The notes under the pieces: generated by a model
The model's input: the letters and a program-made list of their open reading frames with translations, nothing else
What the model was told of the DNA's origin: nothing
The model's database searches: none
Assembly (NCBI GenBank): GCA_013265495.1
Contig: MU058009.1
Coordinates: 1,862,001 to 1,926,000 of the forward strand
DNA from: Vicugna vicugna
Taxonomy: Eukaryota
Length of the DNA: 64,000 nucleotides
Reading direction: 5' to 3'
In this document: positions 39,191 to 52,099 of the stretch, one piece after another
Numbering within the stretch: position 1 is the stretch's first letter
Layout of the letters: the number at the start of each line of letters is the position of its first letter
Position numbers and translations under genes: made by a program

Positions 39191-41069
39191 CTCCTTTTGA
39201 GGATTTAACATCCTTGCGCACACTACCTCTGACCCTTTGTCTGCCCTTCCCCTCCCCGCAGCCTGGCCACCTACGGCCGGAAGGACATCCCTGTCTTATT
39301 CAGACAGACTTTGTGGAAGGTGGGCTCTGTGGTTTGTAAGGGACAGACACTCACTCAGCCTTCCTTGAGAACTGGGAATTCACTGTAAAGCCCCCATGGT
39401 GATGGAGGAGATGGGGACCTCATAAAATAGACAGACTGCCTCCTGGAGCCTGAGCAAGAAAACTTCTGGAGTCCCAGGGATGGAGGGACAGTGCTCCCAC
39501 GTCCTCACAACTGAGGCAGCCTCCCCACATCCTCTCACCCGTCCTCCCACTGCCCGGCGCCTCAGCCTCCCAGTGAAAATGTTTGAGAGAGAAGGTTTGC
39601 TGAGCAAATTACTTGCTAAGCAAATTACGATCACCTCACTCTGATGCCTCGAGGTTCACCTGAAGTCTCCGGATTGGCTGTCCTGGGCTCAGGGCCCAGG
39701 GGTGGCAGCGGCAGGGGCGCCTGCTCCCAAGCAGCCCAGCTTCTCCCCGAGCAAGTGGGGCTGAGGGCCTGGCAGGCCCCTGAACTAGCCGGCCTAGGCC
39801 GTCCCTCCTGCTGGAGCGAGGACGCCCCCAAGTGTGGGACCACCCCACGCAGCGTCTCCTGTGGAAGGAACCCCAAGGCCCAGCATCCAGGACTTACCCG
39901 GTCTGCAACCTGCACCCTCAAATCTTAAATTATGTCATGGAAACTCTAACACTGTCATATTACAAAAAGACACTGCACCTCCACTGGGCCCAGACTGACA
40001 CATGGCACTCATCTGGGCGCTTGGGGTGGGGAGAAACTAACACCAAGCGAAGTGGGTTGTCAATTTTCCTTTAACCCCTAGGACAGCCCGCAAGCTGGGC
40101 CTCATCCAGCCCGATTCGTTCCTGAGGATTCCGAGGCTCTGAAATGAGTCGGCAGGTGGACTCGGGTGCAGGCCTGCTGGTCCGGCACCTGAGATGTCCG
40201 GAGCTGGCTGCGCCTGCTAAGTCTCCTGGGGGGTTTCCACCTGTGTGAGCTCAGCCCCTGACACCTGCCTCGGCGGGGACAGTCTGGCCCAGAGGGAGGG
40301 CTGTTTCCACCTCAGAGCGGGCACACGAAGTCCTTCACATGCTTCCTTTTCCCTGTAAGGGGCATCACAGCCTAAGCATGTTACCTATTGACCTGTCTGT
40401 CTCTCGCCATGGGGATGGCAGCTCCACCAAGGCAGGCTCTGTGTGTTTGTCCCCGCCTGCATCCCAGCGCCTGGGACCCCTGGGCGCTCCGCACACATCC
40501 TGGCACGAATAGCTGTCCTGTGATGCTCCCTTTACAAGTAAGGTGTGGGACTCCCCCAGCTGCCTCATCCAGGAATCCCAGTCTGACAAGTTAGGTGCTC
40601 TTTAGGGCGGAAGAGGAAGCTGCTCTGGGAGTTTCTAGAAGTTCCCCTCTGCAGCAACCCTTGGCCACTGAAGAAACGTTTTCAATCTGTTCTGTTTTGA
40701 GAAAGGTTCCTGCCAGCCCTCCCCGCCCCCACCAGGCAGCCCCACCCCCTCCCAGGATAGAGAGCCAGGTCCGAGCGGAGCCGGCCACCTGGCAGCCTCA
40801 CCCAGCTCCGGCCTGACCACCCAGAGCCGCGGGCTCCCCCTCCCCTCCCCGCGGCCCCCACCCGGTGCCCCTCCAGCCCGCTGTGAATCCAGCCCATTTA
40901 AAATTCCCTTTGAAAAGGTCTCTGTTTGGGTGAGTTCCGTGGGCTCTGCCTAGAGAGCGGCAGATTATCTGAAAATAGGTGTTATTGATTACAACCAGGT
41001 GGTCTTTGTGGAAAGGGGTCCATTTGAACCAAAATAAATATTTGCCGGCACAAAGAACAAGCTGGTCCC

Positions 41070-41520
41070 TGTTGCGGGCGGGGCGCGCCCGGCCCCTCGG
41101 CCGGCGGCCGCGGGCGCGTCGGGCGCAAACCCGGATTGTGTTTCTTCCGTCGGGCCGGGCGGCGCAGGGGGTGGCCGGGGGCGCACAGAGGGCCGCCGGT
41201 TCCCGCGCCAGAGGCTCGCGGCCCGGGGCCGGCGGCAGGCCCGGAGCCTGCCCGGGCCTGGGGATTGTATTTTCTTTGGCTTTCTGGCGCGCTCCCTGTT
41301 ACTTATTTCTTTTCCCTCTGTTTTATTTGTGTTTTCAAGTTGCCGGCCGGGCTGGACGCTGTCCATTCTCCCCGCTGCCTTGGAGCCTGGGAGCGCGGCG
41401 CGCAGACAGCCGGAGCCGCTCAGGCCGGGCTCGGCCCGCGCCGCCGGCACCGCCCCGGGAGGCCAGGCCAAGCCGGCTCCGCCGTGAGTCCCTCCGCAGT
41501 CCGGGCCCCGCGGAACCTGG
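41070..41520. promoter_or_regulatory. Intergenic (orphan) CpG island between FLI1 and KCNJ1
   Basis: Densest CpG and GC content in the window; GC box gggcggggcg at ~41076-41085. Confidence 0.8.
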
Positions 41521-42929
41521 CAGTCACACTGTGGCTTTCTTGGAAAGATGATAGGGACTGGGGTGAGATCTGGGGGGCAAATCAGGAGGAAGCTGAAACC
41601 TTGTCTGACCCTTCCTCGGTCCCCCGTCGCCCATTCTCTGGGCAAACTCTGTCCCTGCCTCCTGCCCAGCGTCAGCACATCCATCCCTCAGGGATGCTCC
41701 TGGGAGGTCCCCCTCCCTCCTCCCGGCTCTGAGAAGTCTTTACTTTCCTCTCTAGATCCCAAACTTTGCCTGCTTCTCAAGGCCAGTGGTGGCTGAGTGG
41801 GTGATGGGGACCTATTGCAAAAAAAAGGGGGGGTCTCACTTCTTAGTCAGTGTCGGGAGGCCAGAGCCTGGGGCCATAACCAACAACATGAAGAGGCTTT
41901 GGGGAGCCCCCCCCCATCACCGGGACAGCCGGAGGGTGTGGTCCAAAGCCAAGGGTGGAGGGCTGGACGCTGAAAAAGGTATGGGACGTAGGAAGCAGGA
42001 AAGGCCGAACACAGAGCGCTTCTGAAAGACAGACAGAAGAGCTGGGGTCAGAAAGAGAGAGACAAGGAAATAACCTAAGGATGTAGAAAGGAGAAACCAC
42101 CCCTGTCCAGGTCAGAGCACAGAGGGCAGGACGCTGGGCTGGCAGAGGCCGGGGAGGGGTCAAGAAAGAGCTCCACAGCTGTGGAGACTGCGTTACAGAC
42201 CCAGGGCTGCCCTCCTGCTCCACCACAAAGCCCCCGACCCGGCGTCCCCGCCCTCACTGAAGAAGACACTCGTGGTGTCTGCTGGTGGCTGCTGGTCTCT
42301 TTGCTGGTGACGCTCTAGGTGCTGCCAAGTAGAATTTCAAGACAGTGATGTCTACTTCAAAACATCTCTGCCTGTCTCTCTGGGGCAGTGATTTCCCCTC
42401 CTCTGCAAATCGGAGAGAGCTACCATTAAGGCCGACGTGGCCTAAGCCACAGGCTGCAGGCCAGGCCCTGTAGAGCCAGGGCCACTTCCCGATCCAGAGG
42501 GGAACCCAGGGCCTGGAAGGACATCAGTAGGGCCCTCGCTCTGCCTTGCTCCCTTCATCTTTCCCTTGGGAAGACGCTTCCGAAGGAAATCTTGGCTATC
42601 TTGCCTGCTTCCTCCAAGCCCCAGCATCCCTAGGGAGGACCAGCTAATTGCAAGATCAGGCTGCCGTAAGGTCAGGGAGCAGGAGCTACCTCATTATGGT
42701 AGGAACACCAGCTGGCCCAGCCCTGACCAAAGCAGTCCCCAGGCTCGCAAGAAAAAGATGGCTTAGAACGTAGTACATGATTGCAACTTGTAGCCATGGT
42801 CTCTAACCCATGGACATGGCCCATAACACCCAGAAGCAGGTTTTCTTTCAGAGCTAAAACTGACCTTTGAGGACATGTAATTTGTTGATGTCATCACCCA
42901 TTAGAAAACCAGTGTCGGGTGTAGAGGTC

Positions 42930-43035
42930 TTTGGAATCCCCTGGAACACCTAAAGGTCCCGATTCTGGGGGTGTGCGGTGGGGCCCGGGGACTCTGCACT
43001 TCTAACAAGTGCCCCCGGTGATGTGGACACAGCCC
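42930..43035. mobile_element. MER5A-like DNA transposon fragment
   Basis: gaatcccctgga...ggtggggcccgggga...tgcacttctaacaagtgcccccggtgatg. Confidence 0.55.
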
Positions 43036-44184
43036 GGCCTGGCAGACGCCGTCCGTGGTGTGCTGGTAAATGTTTAACAACTGGTTCTTGAGATGCAGGG
43101 GAGCAGGGGGCCTGATTCGCAGCATTTGCTGGTTTCCAGGCTATGAAGACTTCCACCGTGGCCGCTGTCAGGCTACCAGTGTGAAGACTCTGAACTCAGA
43201 CCTGGAAAGAGATGCACCCCAGCAGCCCTTGCTCCCTGGGCCTCCCCGAGACCTACAGCAATGGAGTGACAGCTCCCCGGGGACGGAGCCGGGAGAGGAA
43301 CGTGGAGTCAGGGCTCTGGCCACCACAGAGCCTGGCTGTCCCCTTAGTTAGCAGAAATCATGACCGCAGAGCCGGGGGCTGAGCCCCACACCCTGGCGCC
43401 CTTGACCACAGCCAGAACGAAACCAGGAAGCAGAACTAAAAACAGACGGTATCTCTTGCCTTTCCTTCCTCTGCACCTTGCAATGATGGACGTTCTTAAG
43501 AACGTGGGGTGACTGGGGAAAAGCCCAAGTGCTCGACTCCTGGGGCTTGTGTTCTTTGGGGAGAAAGTGAAAGAGGCAAGAAAACGATTCTGGAAAATGT
43601 GGATAGAGTCTTGAAGAAGATCAGAAGCTGAAAAGAAGGCGCTTCGGCAGCCAGCCTTGGACGATTCTAACCAGGGCTTCAGAGGTCGTGGGGCCGTGTT
43701 GCAACGGGGCAGGTAGCAGGGTGAGGTCCTGCTGGGAGAAACGGGACAAAGAGAAGGACATGGTTCATCCTAGTGTGTCTGGTTCAGAGCCAATGTAAGA
43801 AAACAACAGAAATGAAGTCCACATGAAAATGACATGAAGAAAACAAAAGCGGCAGCTGATAAGAGTCCGCACAGCTCTGGGAGTTTAGAGATGGCTGTTA
43901 TTTGGAGACATGCCCTGGCATGAAGTCAGGTTTTTAATTGTTCAGGCGTGTCTGCTGGTTCTTCCTCATTCAGAGCTCCGTTCTGAGAGTCATGGAATTA
44001 CAGAGCTCATTCTAGAGATGAGAAAAGCCTAAGGTCCCGAGTGCTAACAGAATCTGCCCGCAATTGCACTGCGATGTATTAGTTCAACGGCGGCTAGAAT
44101 TCAGGCTTCCCGGGTTTAGTCTAGTCCAGGCCTAGATCTTCATCTAGATCCCCTAGATGCTACAGCGTATCATCTCTAGGTTCT

Positions 44185-44475
44185 GTTTTGTTAAATCGAA
44201 GTATAATTGATGTGCAATATTAGATGTTAACAGGTGTACAATATAGTGATTCACAATTTTTAAAAGTTATACTCCATCTATAGTTATTATAAAATATTGG
44301 CTTTAGTTCCCCTGCTGCACAATACAGCTTCATAGCTTACTTTATACCTAATAGTTTGTACCTCTTAATCCTCTGTCCCTAGACTGTCCCTTCTCCATTC
44401 CCTCTCCCCACTGACAACCACTGGTTTGTTCTCTATATCTGTGCTTCTTTTTTGTTATATTCATCAATTTGTTGT
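44185..44475 (-). mobile_element. L1 3' end fragment
   Basis: gaagtataattgatgtgcaatatt...caggtgtacaatatagtgattcacaatttttaaa...aaccactggtttgttctctatatctgtg. Confidence 0.85.
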
Positions 44476-44644
44476 CTAAGTCATCTTTTGTTTAAAATTA
44501 TTGTGAAAGGAATGCATGGCTATAATAGAAAATCTGTAGAATGCAGAATATTTTAAAAAATGACAATAAAAATGACCATCACGCTACCACCCAGAGATGA
44601 TCAGGTTATCACCATGAATCACTTACACTTGATTCCACCTGGCT

Positions 44645-44843
44645 TAGTGGTCCTCAGCCTCACTGTACAGTAGTGTCACCAAGGAAGCTTGGAAAAATCC
44701 TTGTGAAGGACTGAAAAAATCCTAATGCCCAGACTGTACCCCTGAAGATGAAATCAGAACCTGGGGGTTCAGAGCAGTAAGCATCAGTATTTTTTGAGGC
44801 TCCCGAAAGGATGCCAATGTGTGCCCAAGGTTGAGGACCACTG
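44645..44843. mobile_element. MER5-like hAT miniature element with terminal inverted repeats
   Basis: Ends tagtggtcctcagcct ... aggttgaggaccactg form an imperfect inverted repeat; internal MER5 motifs present. Confidence 0.7.
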
Positions 44844-45154
44844 GCTTGGAATATTCTCCTCCCATATCTTTGCATAGCTGGCTTCTTCCCATTGGCCATT
44901 TCTCAGTGTTAGTGCCATGCTGTCACAGCCTGGACTTCGGACATATTCCTGGAGCACCCCTCCCCTCATCAGACTCTTCCTTATACCCTAGACTTCATCT
45001 TGATGTTCCTTCCTCAGCTAGGCTCTCCTTGGTGCCCCCAACAAGGTTAGGACCCCTTTATGCCCTATCTCTCCTTTGACAACTGTGTCCCCTGTCAGCT
45101 GCCTCTAGAATTTGAGCTCCATGCTGCTCCTGGTGCATTTTGCCTTCCAGCCTG

Positions 45155-45269
45155 TCTCCAGGACTCTGCTGAGCACCCAAATGTTTGTTGAAAGCAGCAG
45201 AGCATCTCAGCTTAGTCTGGTCCACATGGCATTAATGCATCCCCCGAAGTTCTCTTCTGCCACCATCAC
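45155..45269 (+). repeat. 115-bp direct repeat, copy 1
   Basis: Ungapped match to 46082-46196, 7 mismatches by manual count. Confidence 0.92.
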
Positions 45270-45490
45270 TTCTCTAGAGTTATAAACCTCTACATTTTTA
45301 TCATATTTACTTTTTTAAAGTCTTTCACAGTTGTTCTGTCAGCCTGGCAATGATTAGATGACTCTGAACTTTGATGTCTCTCTGTTAAGTATTTTGAACA
45401 ACATCATGGCCATTCAAGAGCTTTCTGGGTCCTGGGTTGGCCAAGGAGGCTTCAATCAGCTCACTTTCACTTTTGTGATCTGGAAGTGGA

Positions 45491-45509
45491 TGGCGCCACC
45501 TGCTGGCCA
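45491..45509 (-). promoter_or_regulatory. CTCF binding motif
   Basis: Minus strand TGGCCAGCAGGTGGCGCCA fits the CCASYAGRKGGCRS core at all positions. Confidence 0.65.
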
Positions 45510-46081
45510 GAGGCGCACGCACAAAGGGAAGAAGCCGGCTACAACAGGCCGCCTGTGTAGGTCCCCCTCCCTTTAAACTTCCTTTCCAGCTAGGTCAGTA
45601 ATATCACCTGCTTCAACACCTGTGGTCACCTGGAGGAGTGTCTGAAGCCCAGGCCGGGTCAGCAACCGACACTTTCTGAAGTCCATTAAGACTCCCTGGA
45701 CAAGCATCTTCTTCCGGGGCCCTTCGTCCCTCCACTGATGACGGGGCGGGGGAGGGGGGTCAGGTTTTCACCGCTAAACTTCTAGGATTCGTGCATCTGC
45801 AGCAGAAGCAGAAGCGGTAATGGGAGGAAGGTGAGCTATTTCATCTCAGGTTAAGGCCAAGGCAGAGGGTGGGAAGTGGAGAGGCCCACGCTGCCTTCAC
45901 CGTCAGAATCATAACCTCAACATCATCGTCACTCAAAGGACGTCTCCCGGGAGCCTGACTCAGGCACCGCGCCGGGCGCTGTACCTGTCACTTCATTACC
46001 TATAATTTCATGCTGTTGTCTTCACAGCCACCCTCTAAGACAGGCATTATTGTTACTGACAACTTTTTTTTTTAAAGTGGT

Positions 46082-46196
46082 TCTCCAGGACTCTGCTGAG
46101 CGCCCAAATGTTTGCTGAAAGCAGCAGAGCATCTCAGCTTAGTCCGGTCCACATGGCATTAACGCACCCCCCGAAGTTCTCCTCTGCCACCCTCAC
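46082..46196 (+). repeat. 115-bp direct repeat, copy 2 (interrupts a MIR remnant)
   Basis: Ungapped match to 45155-45269. Confidence 0.92.
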
Positions 46197-48869
46197 CTAA
46201 GAGCTTCTGCCATCACCTAAGAACTAGTTTTAGATAACTGATGGGGAAACTGCATTTGACCAAGTGCGTCCGTCTCCGAAGCCCCTGAACTTCACACTGG
46301 ACTTCCCGCCTCCAACTTTCCTCCTTGTCCCCTGTGTAATTTCTTTGCTGCTTTCGGCAGGGCTCATCCTTAAGAGGCAGCCGCAGGTGCAGGTTGTGCC
46401 CGGCCACCACCAGCAACGTGGGGAAGTGGCAGAGCCGTGAGGATACTCGTGGTCTCTAACCGCCACTTTGGGTGCAACTGAAACCAACCCTGCAGGTGGT
46501 CCAAAAGCCCACCCATCAGTGACTCGCCTACTTTTTCATCAACGGGACAAATGGAGTCACCTCTGTGATGTGGACAAGCCTTGCACTTTCTTCGCCCCTT
46601 GGCTCCTTGGCTGCCCAGGGTGAAGGTAGACGTATGTGGTCTCTGTGTCCCCAAGGACAGTTCAAGGTCTGGTGCCTTCTCCATCCCCCAAACTCACTCC
46701 CCCTGGTCCTGGCAAGCAGTGCCCTGACCTTGGCTGCCACCTCTCAGATGAGCTTTCCATCAGGAACGGTGACCCCTCAGGCATGAGGCTTGTGGGTGGC
46801 CCAAGGGAAAAGCCCTGAACTAACTAGAAGGCAGGAGGCCGGGACCCCAGTCCCTGCCTTCCCACCCCAGAGCTAGTGACCTGGGCAAGCCATGCGGTCT
46901 CTGAGCACGTTTTCCCTCCTGAAAACTAAGAATGCTAGCACTGGCCTTCCCACCCCCGAAAGCTAGTTTCCGCCTCTGATTTCTTCTCTACTCCACCCTG
47001 CACACCAACACCAGACATACATTCCCAAAATATCCATTTAATCACGCCCTTGCCCCTGCAAAGACTCCAGTGCTTGACTGGAGCCAGGATGCACTCAGGT
47101 CAGCACCGAGCCTCCGGCTCCTCCAACCACACAGCGGTGCTTTCCTCCTGTGCCGATGTCGTGGCCGTGGAAACAGCACATCACCTCCCAGGAGCCCCAT
47201 GCAAATGTACGTCCTGTTCCTCTGTCAGTCTGGGACATGTGCCCACCCGGTGCCCCACTCTCTATCTCACCCCTTTCCCCATTTTAAATCTTACCCATTC
47301 GCCAGGCCCAGGTCAGCTGCCATCTCCTCCTTCCCAGGAAGCCTTCCCCGATTGACCTCTGTCTCCCTCAGCACTGTCATCACACTTCAATTGTAGTATC
47401 TTATTTATTTAATTCAACTTTAATACCTGTGCACAAAATTTTGCCTGCAATGGTGAGTCCCATTGTCTCCATCCCCAGAGGGTTCCCAAATCCAAGTCAA
47501 AAGGTGATGACTTGGAAGCCCTAGGAATTGAAGTCCCCTCTCCCTAGCATAGACCCCAGTCCGGCTTCTGGAGTCAGGATGTTTCTCTTGAAGACACCTG
47601 TTCTGACTTTCTCACCAGCCAAAATTCCAGGGACGTTTGACCCTTTAAGAGCTGCTACTCCAGGCACATCAGCTCCCACTGAGACCCCTGGTCCTGAGAG
47701 CCCAACTTGTTTCCAAGCTCAGTAGGCAGAGAAACCCAGCAGGCACTTGGCAAAGGGAGAAGGACACAAAACAGGCAAGGCCACAATCTCTCAGGCTCAA
47801 AGCAGCAGGGTAGGGGCCTCCAGAGCCAGATTCCAGCAGCTCCTGCAAAGCCGGGGAAGGCAAGTGGGGCGGGGCGCCCACAGACTCCGGTACTGCGATG
47901 CGTAGTCATCTGCGGGACACGATGCAGCGCTGTTACATGAACAGTGTTTGTAGAATGCTACCATTTGTGTAGGAATGGAGGAGGGGATAGAAATACATGT
48001 GTACTGCTTATATTTTTCAAAAAAGAAACAGCAGCATGAGAAAACAAGTAAGAATGGTTACCTCCATATAAGAAGAAGGGAAAAGAGAGGGCACAGGAAT
48101 AGAAATGAATTTTCTAAATTATGTTCTGTGATTTTTGAAACCATGTACAACCGTCCTTTGCCTGATTAATAAAAGAAAACAATTAAATCAATAAAGGAAA
48201 ACCATAAAAAAGCTCTAATCATTGAAAATAAGCAGAAACGAATGGGCCTAGCTTAACGTCAAGTCAGTGCCTGGTCACTCAGAGAACAGCACCACGTCAC
48301 GTGACTTGACAGCAGTTTGCTGACTGTACATCCCTAGCAGGGTATATTGTATGCAATTTTTTTAAATCCCCAGTAATTATAAATCCATAATCAATAATCT
48401 CATTATTAATAGTCATATGAATACCATTTGGGGGGGAACTATTATAAGCACGTTGCATAAGGCAGAAAAAAAATAAAGTACTGTCTGCATAATCAGCACG
48501 TCTCTGATTTAGCCCTGGTGCACCAGGCTGGTTTAGGGCCCTGGGGACCCTTTATCACAGTGACATCCTGGCTTTCTCATTCTTGCATCCCTGGTGCCCG
48601 ACTCACAGTAGGCCCTCAGCAAGCATCGCTTGCTTGCAGTGAAGTCCAAGACACCAGGATTCTACTCAGATTCCCCCAACTCATCACCTAGGCAATAGCC
48701 AGGAGGCCCCTGATCTTTGTCACAACCCCACCCAGGTTTCTGCCCTCTTTGCTCGTGAAGCATCAGCAGCTGGGGGCCCACCTTAGGGGCCACTGGTCTC
48801 CCCTTCAGCCCCTCGGCTTCCTGCCCACGCCACTACCCCATTTTGCCACATCAGTAGTCATTCACTTTT

Positions 48870-49052
48870 CTTTGTTTTTCTTTTAAATAATTCTTTTTTT
48901 AAATATTTGGGTCTTGTTTGTTTTTGTTTTGGAGGGAGGTAATTAGGTTTGTTTATTTATTTATGTACTTAACGTTAATGAAGGTACTGGGGAGTGAACC
49001 TAGGACCTCGTGCATGCTAAGTGTGCACTGTCACTGAGCTGTACCTTCCCCG
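48870..49052 (-). mobile_element. tRNA-Ala-derived SINE, long form (vic-1-like), with target-site duplication
   Basis: tRNA-like head at ~49051-48979, then AAATAAATAAACAAACCTAATTACCTCCC and an A-rich tail. Imperfect TSD tagtcattcactttt (48855-48869) / tagtgcttcactttt (49056-49070). Confidence 0.85.
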
Positions 49053-49744
49053 TAATAGTGCTTCACTTTTTACAAAGGAATTTTTCCATCTATGGTTGTG
49101 TTTAATCCTCCCCCAACCCTATTTCAAAGCTCCCTTTTACAAATAAGGAAACTGAGATTAGATGAAGTTAAGTAATTTGTCAAGGACCCTCTGCTAATGA
49201 ATGGTACAGCTTGGCCAGAAGTTCCTTGGACAGATTGGGGTTGAAGTCCGTGATTAACCATGTGGTCTTGAGCAAATCATTCATTCACTCGTTCATTTAC
49301 TGATTCAGAAACCATTTATTGACTACGTGAGGCAGTGTGCTGGTGCCGGGCACGCAGAGGGGAACACAGGAGATTAACACCATTCTCCAGGGATACCCAA
49401 GGCTCCCTCTCCCCATCTGCCCAAACCTCAAGTGAGAGATTACTCAGAGAGGGAAATAAAACATCACCTGTGTAATTAGCGCAGGTACTTAGGCTCTGTG
49501 TAGACGTGGGAGGCACAACTCTCCCTAGAACATACGAGTCCAGGGCTGTTTATTAAGCCCTGGCCGGAGGCTCCACCCTGTGCTGAGTGATGCGGGGTTT
49601 TTCTGAAGCATAAGACAGGACCAGACACGTGGACGAACCACCCAGGGACCCCAGCTAATGCCTGGTGGCCCTGGTGAGTCCACTCAGAGGGCGATTGAAG
49701 CGAAGATGTAGACCTGAATGACTTTAAACTCATGGGCTTTCAAG

Positions 49745-49900
49745 ACACACAGGTATGGATCTGAGTCTCAACCCTGCCATCAACTAGCTGGTGACTCTGG
49801 ACAAGTTCCTTACCTGAGCTGCCTCGAGTGAGAAATAGGTGTAATAATAGCACCTCACAGGATCATGGGGAAAAATAAATTGGGCAGTGTATACAGAGTG
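49745..49900 (+). mobile_element. MIR SINE remnant
   Basis: ctgccatcaactagctggtgactctggacaagttccttacc...aataatagcacctcacaggat. Confidence 0.6.
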
Positions 49901-52099
49901 CTTTCAACAGAACCTCAGACACAGTCAGAACTCAGCAAGTCGCCCCCGTACAGTGAGTTTCTCCTACTATGGCACAGAAGAAACTTGGGGTTCTCACTGG
50001 CCAGAAAGATGCTCAGGTCGTCCACAGCACCCAGGGCAGTGGAGGCTGCTCGGGTGGGAGATGCAAAGAGGCCACATCGGTCCCTACCCCCTCCCCGCCC
50101 CCCGCAGCCCCCCGGGTGCAAATCTCCCTCTGTGCAGGGCTCCGCTCCAAGGAGTCCAGCTGGGTGCATCTGGCTGGGGAGATTAAATTATTTTTGAATT
50201 CCTAACCGAATGTTCTTTTAATGGAAACTTAATGACAGGCATTGAAATAGATTTCCTCCATAGCCCCTCCTGCCGCGGCGCCCCCCCGCGCGGCCCTGGG
50301 CGGCGCGCGGCTCCCGATAACCTTTCTTCCCTACCCCTGGACTTTTATCTCCCCCGCGACAAACAGCCCTTGCTGGACAGAAAGAGGAAATTCCAGTCAT
50401 TGTTCTCAAACTTCTGGCTTCCAAAATAAAATGTTCTATCTCCCCTGTCAAGCTTTGATTGACACACACTTCCTGTACCGGGACAACGGCCCAGGGGCGG
50501 GGCCAGGGCCTCATTTGCATTCTGTGCCTCCGAGGTTTTCACATCTTTGGTTCCGGACCAGGCGGGAGCCCCCAGGCTACTCACAGAGCCTCCCTGGTGA
50601 AGCCCCGTCTCCCGCTGGATGAAAACTCCCCAGGAAGGCACCTCCTCAGCTGCTGCCACAACCCTCCCGGGAAGTTCTTTGCTGTCCGTGGAGAGAGACG
50701 GCCGTGCTAAGCGTCTCACTTCTTAGATTTGGCAGCTTCAGAGCTTTTCCTTCCACCCTTTCCCTCTTGAGGAATGAATTTTTAGACAGTCTCCCACATC
50801 TTAACTCTAAGTCCTGGAAGGTTAAAACAAGGTGCAGACTCTCCAAGTCAAAACCCCCAGAGCTACAGAGCCAAACAGGCAATTCATGGGGAGTTGGTAC
50901 CGAGGGAAACTCTGAACAGGGTGAAGCACCATGGGATATGGTTTTCCTTGGAAGGGGTAGGAAGTGTTCAGTTGCTTTTAAAATAACTGAATGGTAGAGG
51001 ATAACACAGCACACCTGTAGCAAGAGCAGTCCTGACGTGGTCAAGTTTATTCCCCAAGTTGTAATGAAAAGCCTGCCTTGAGCGTTGGCCCCAAATGATA
51101 CGAAGTTGGCCTTCTGGAAACTTCTGTTTCCCTTTTATTTTATTTACTCACTGAGTTCCTTGTGGGTACCCTCTCCCTCCAAATGTCTGGGGTTCTTATG
51201 ATGCTTTGGGGTGCCAGCCATTCCTCAGGACTGTGGGATGGCACCTGCAGGGCCTCATTTCCTCAGGGCTTTGTTGGCTTTTAGCATGTTAACAGTTGCT
51301 AGAGAGATTCAATGAGAATCTGTATTAAAAATTAGACTTCAAGTGGCAGACTGCCTTCATCCTAATAAAGAAATGTTTGGAAGCCAGCAGTTTTCCCTCA
51401 ATAACCCAGAAAGAAATGCCATTCACAAAGATTCCAGTTGCTCTGCTCTCTTAATAATCAAGAGGAATGGATTACCTGTGATAATTCCGCTGACCATGCC
51501 AGCCATCCCTGAGCCTTCTGCTAAGGATCAGAACAGACCAGACAGTAGTGTTCTGACCCTTCAGTTTAATAAAGCGACTACAGAGTCATAAACCCTCAGG
51601 ACAGTGGGCCAGCAGAGAACTCTAGCTCCCTCCGGCTTGTTGACACCTGATTTCCTTTAGCTTTGTCAGTAGGTTAAATGGCGATGCCAACACACTTACA
51701 GGCACAGAGTAATCTCCCATGTGGGCCAGTGTGTCCACAGTCACGACCGCTGACAAAGCGTGCAACTCCGAACCCGTAAGACTCCTCACTCGTCTTTGTC
51801 AGAAGGACCAGGTGTGTTTGTGGATCTGTATACACTCAACCCCAGGCCTGGGAAAACGAAGCCATTGGTATCCACAACTGCGGCCGTGGCCACTTTATGT
51901 GCCAAGACTCACACCTGAGTGTTTTGACAGAGCTGCGTGGGAAGGGGCCTGCGGACAGTGGAGCCAAGATGACGTGTGCGCTCTGTTTGCCGTCTTCCCA
52001 CCCCTCCCGCCTCTCCCAAGAGGAAGTCCACCCTCCGCAAGAGGATTTTCACCAGTTGATCTGTCACAGTTAATGCACAATGACTGACACCTTGGGCAA

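Noticed and set aside
40979..41732. Overlapping 190-231 aa ORFs
   Set aside because: Stop-poor CpG island sequence giving low-complexity Arg/Gly/Pro/Ala translations on both strands.
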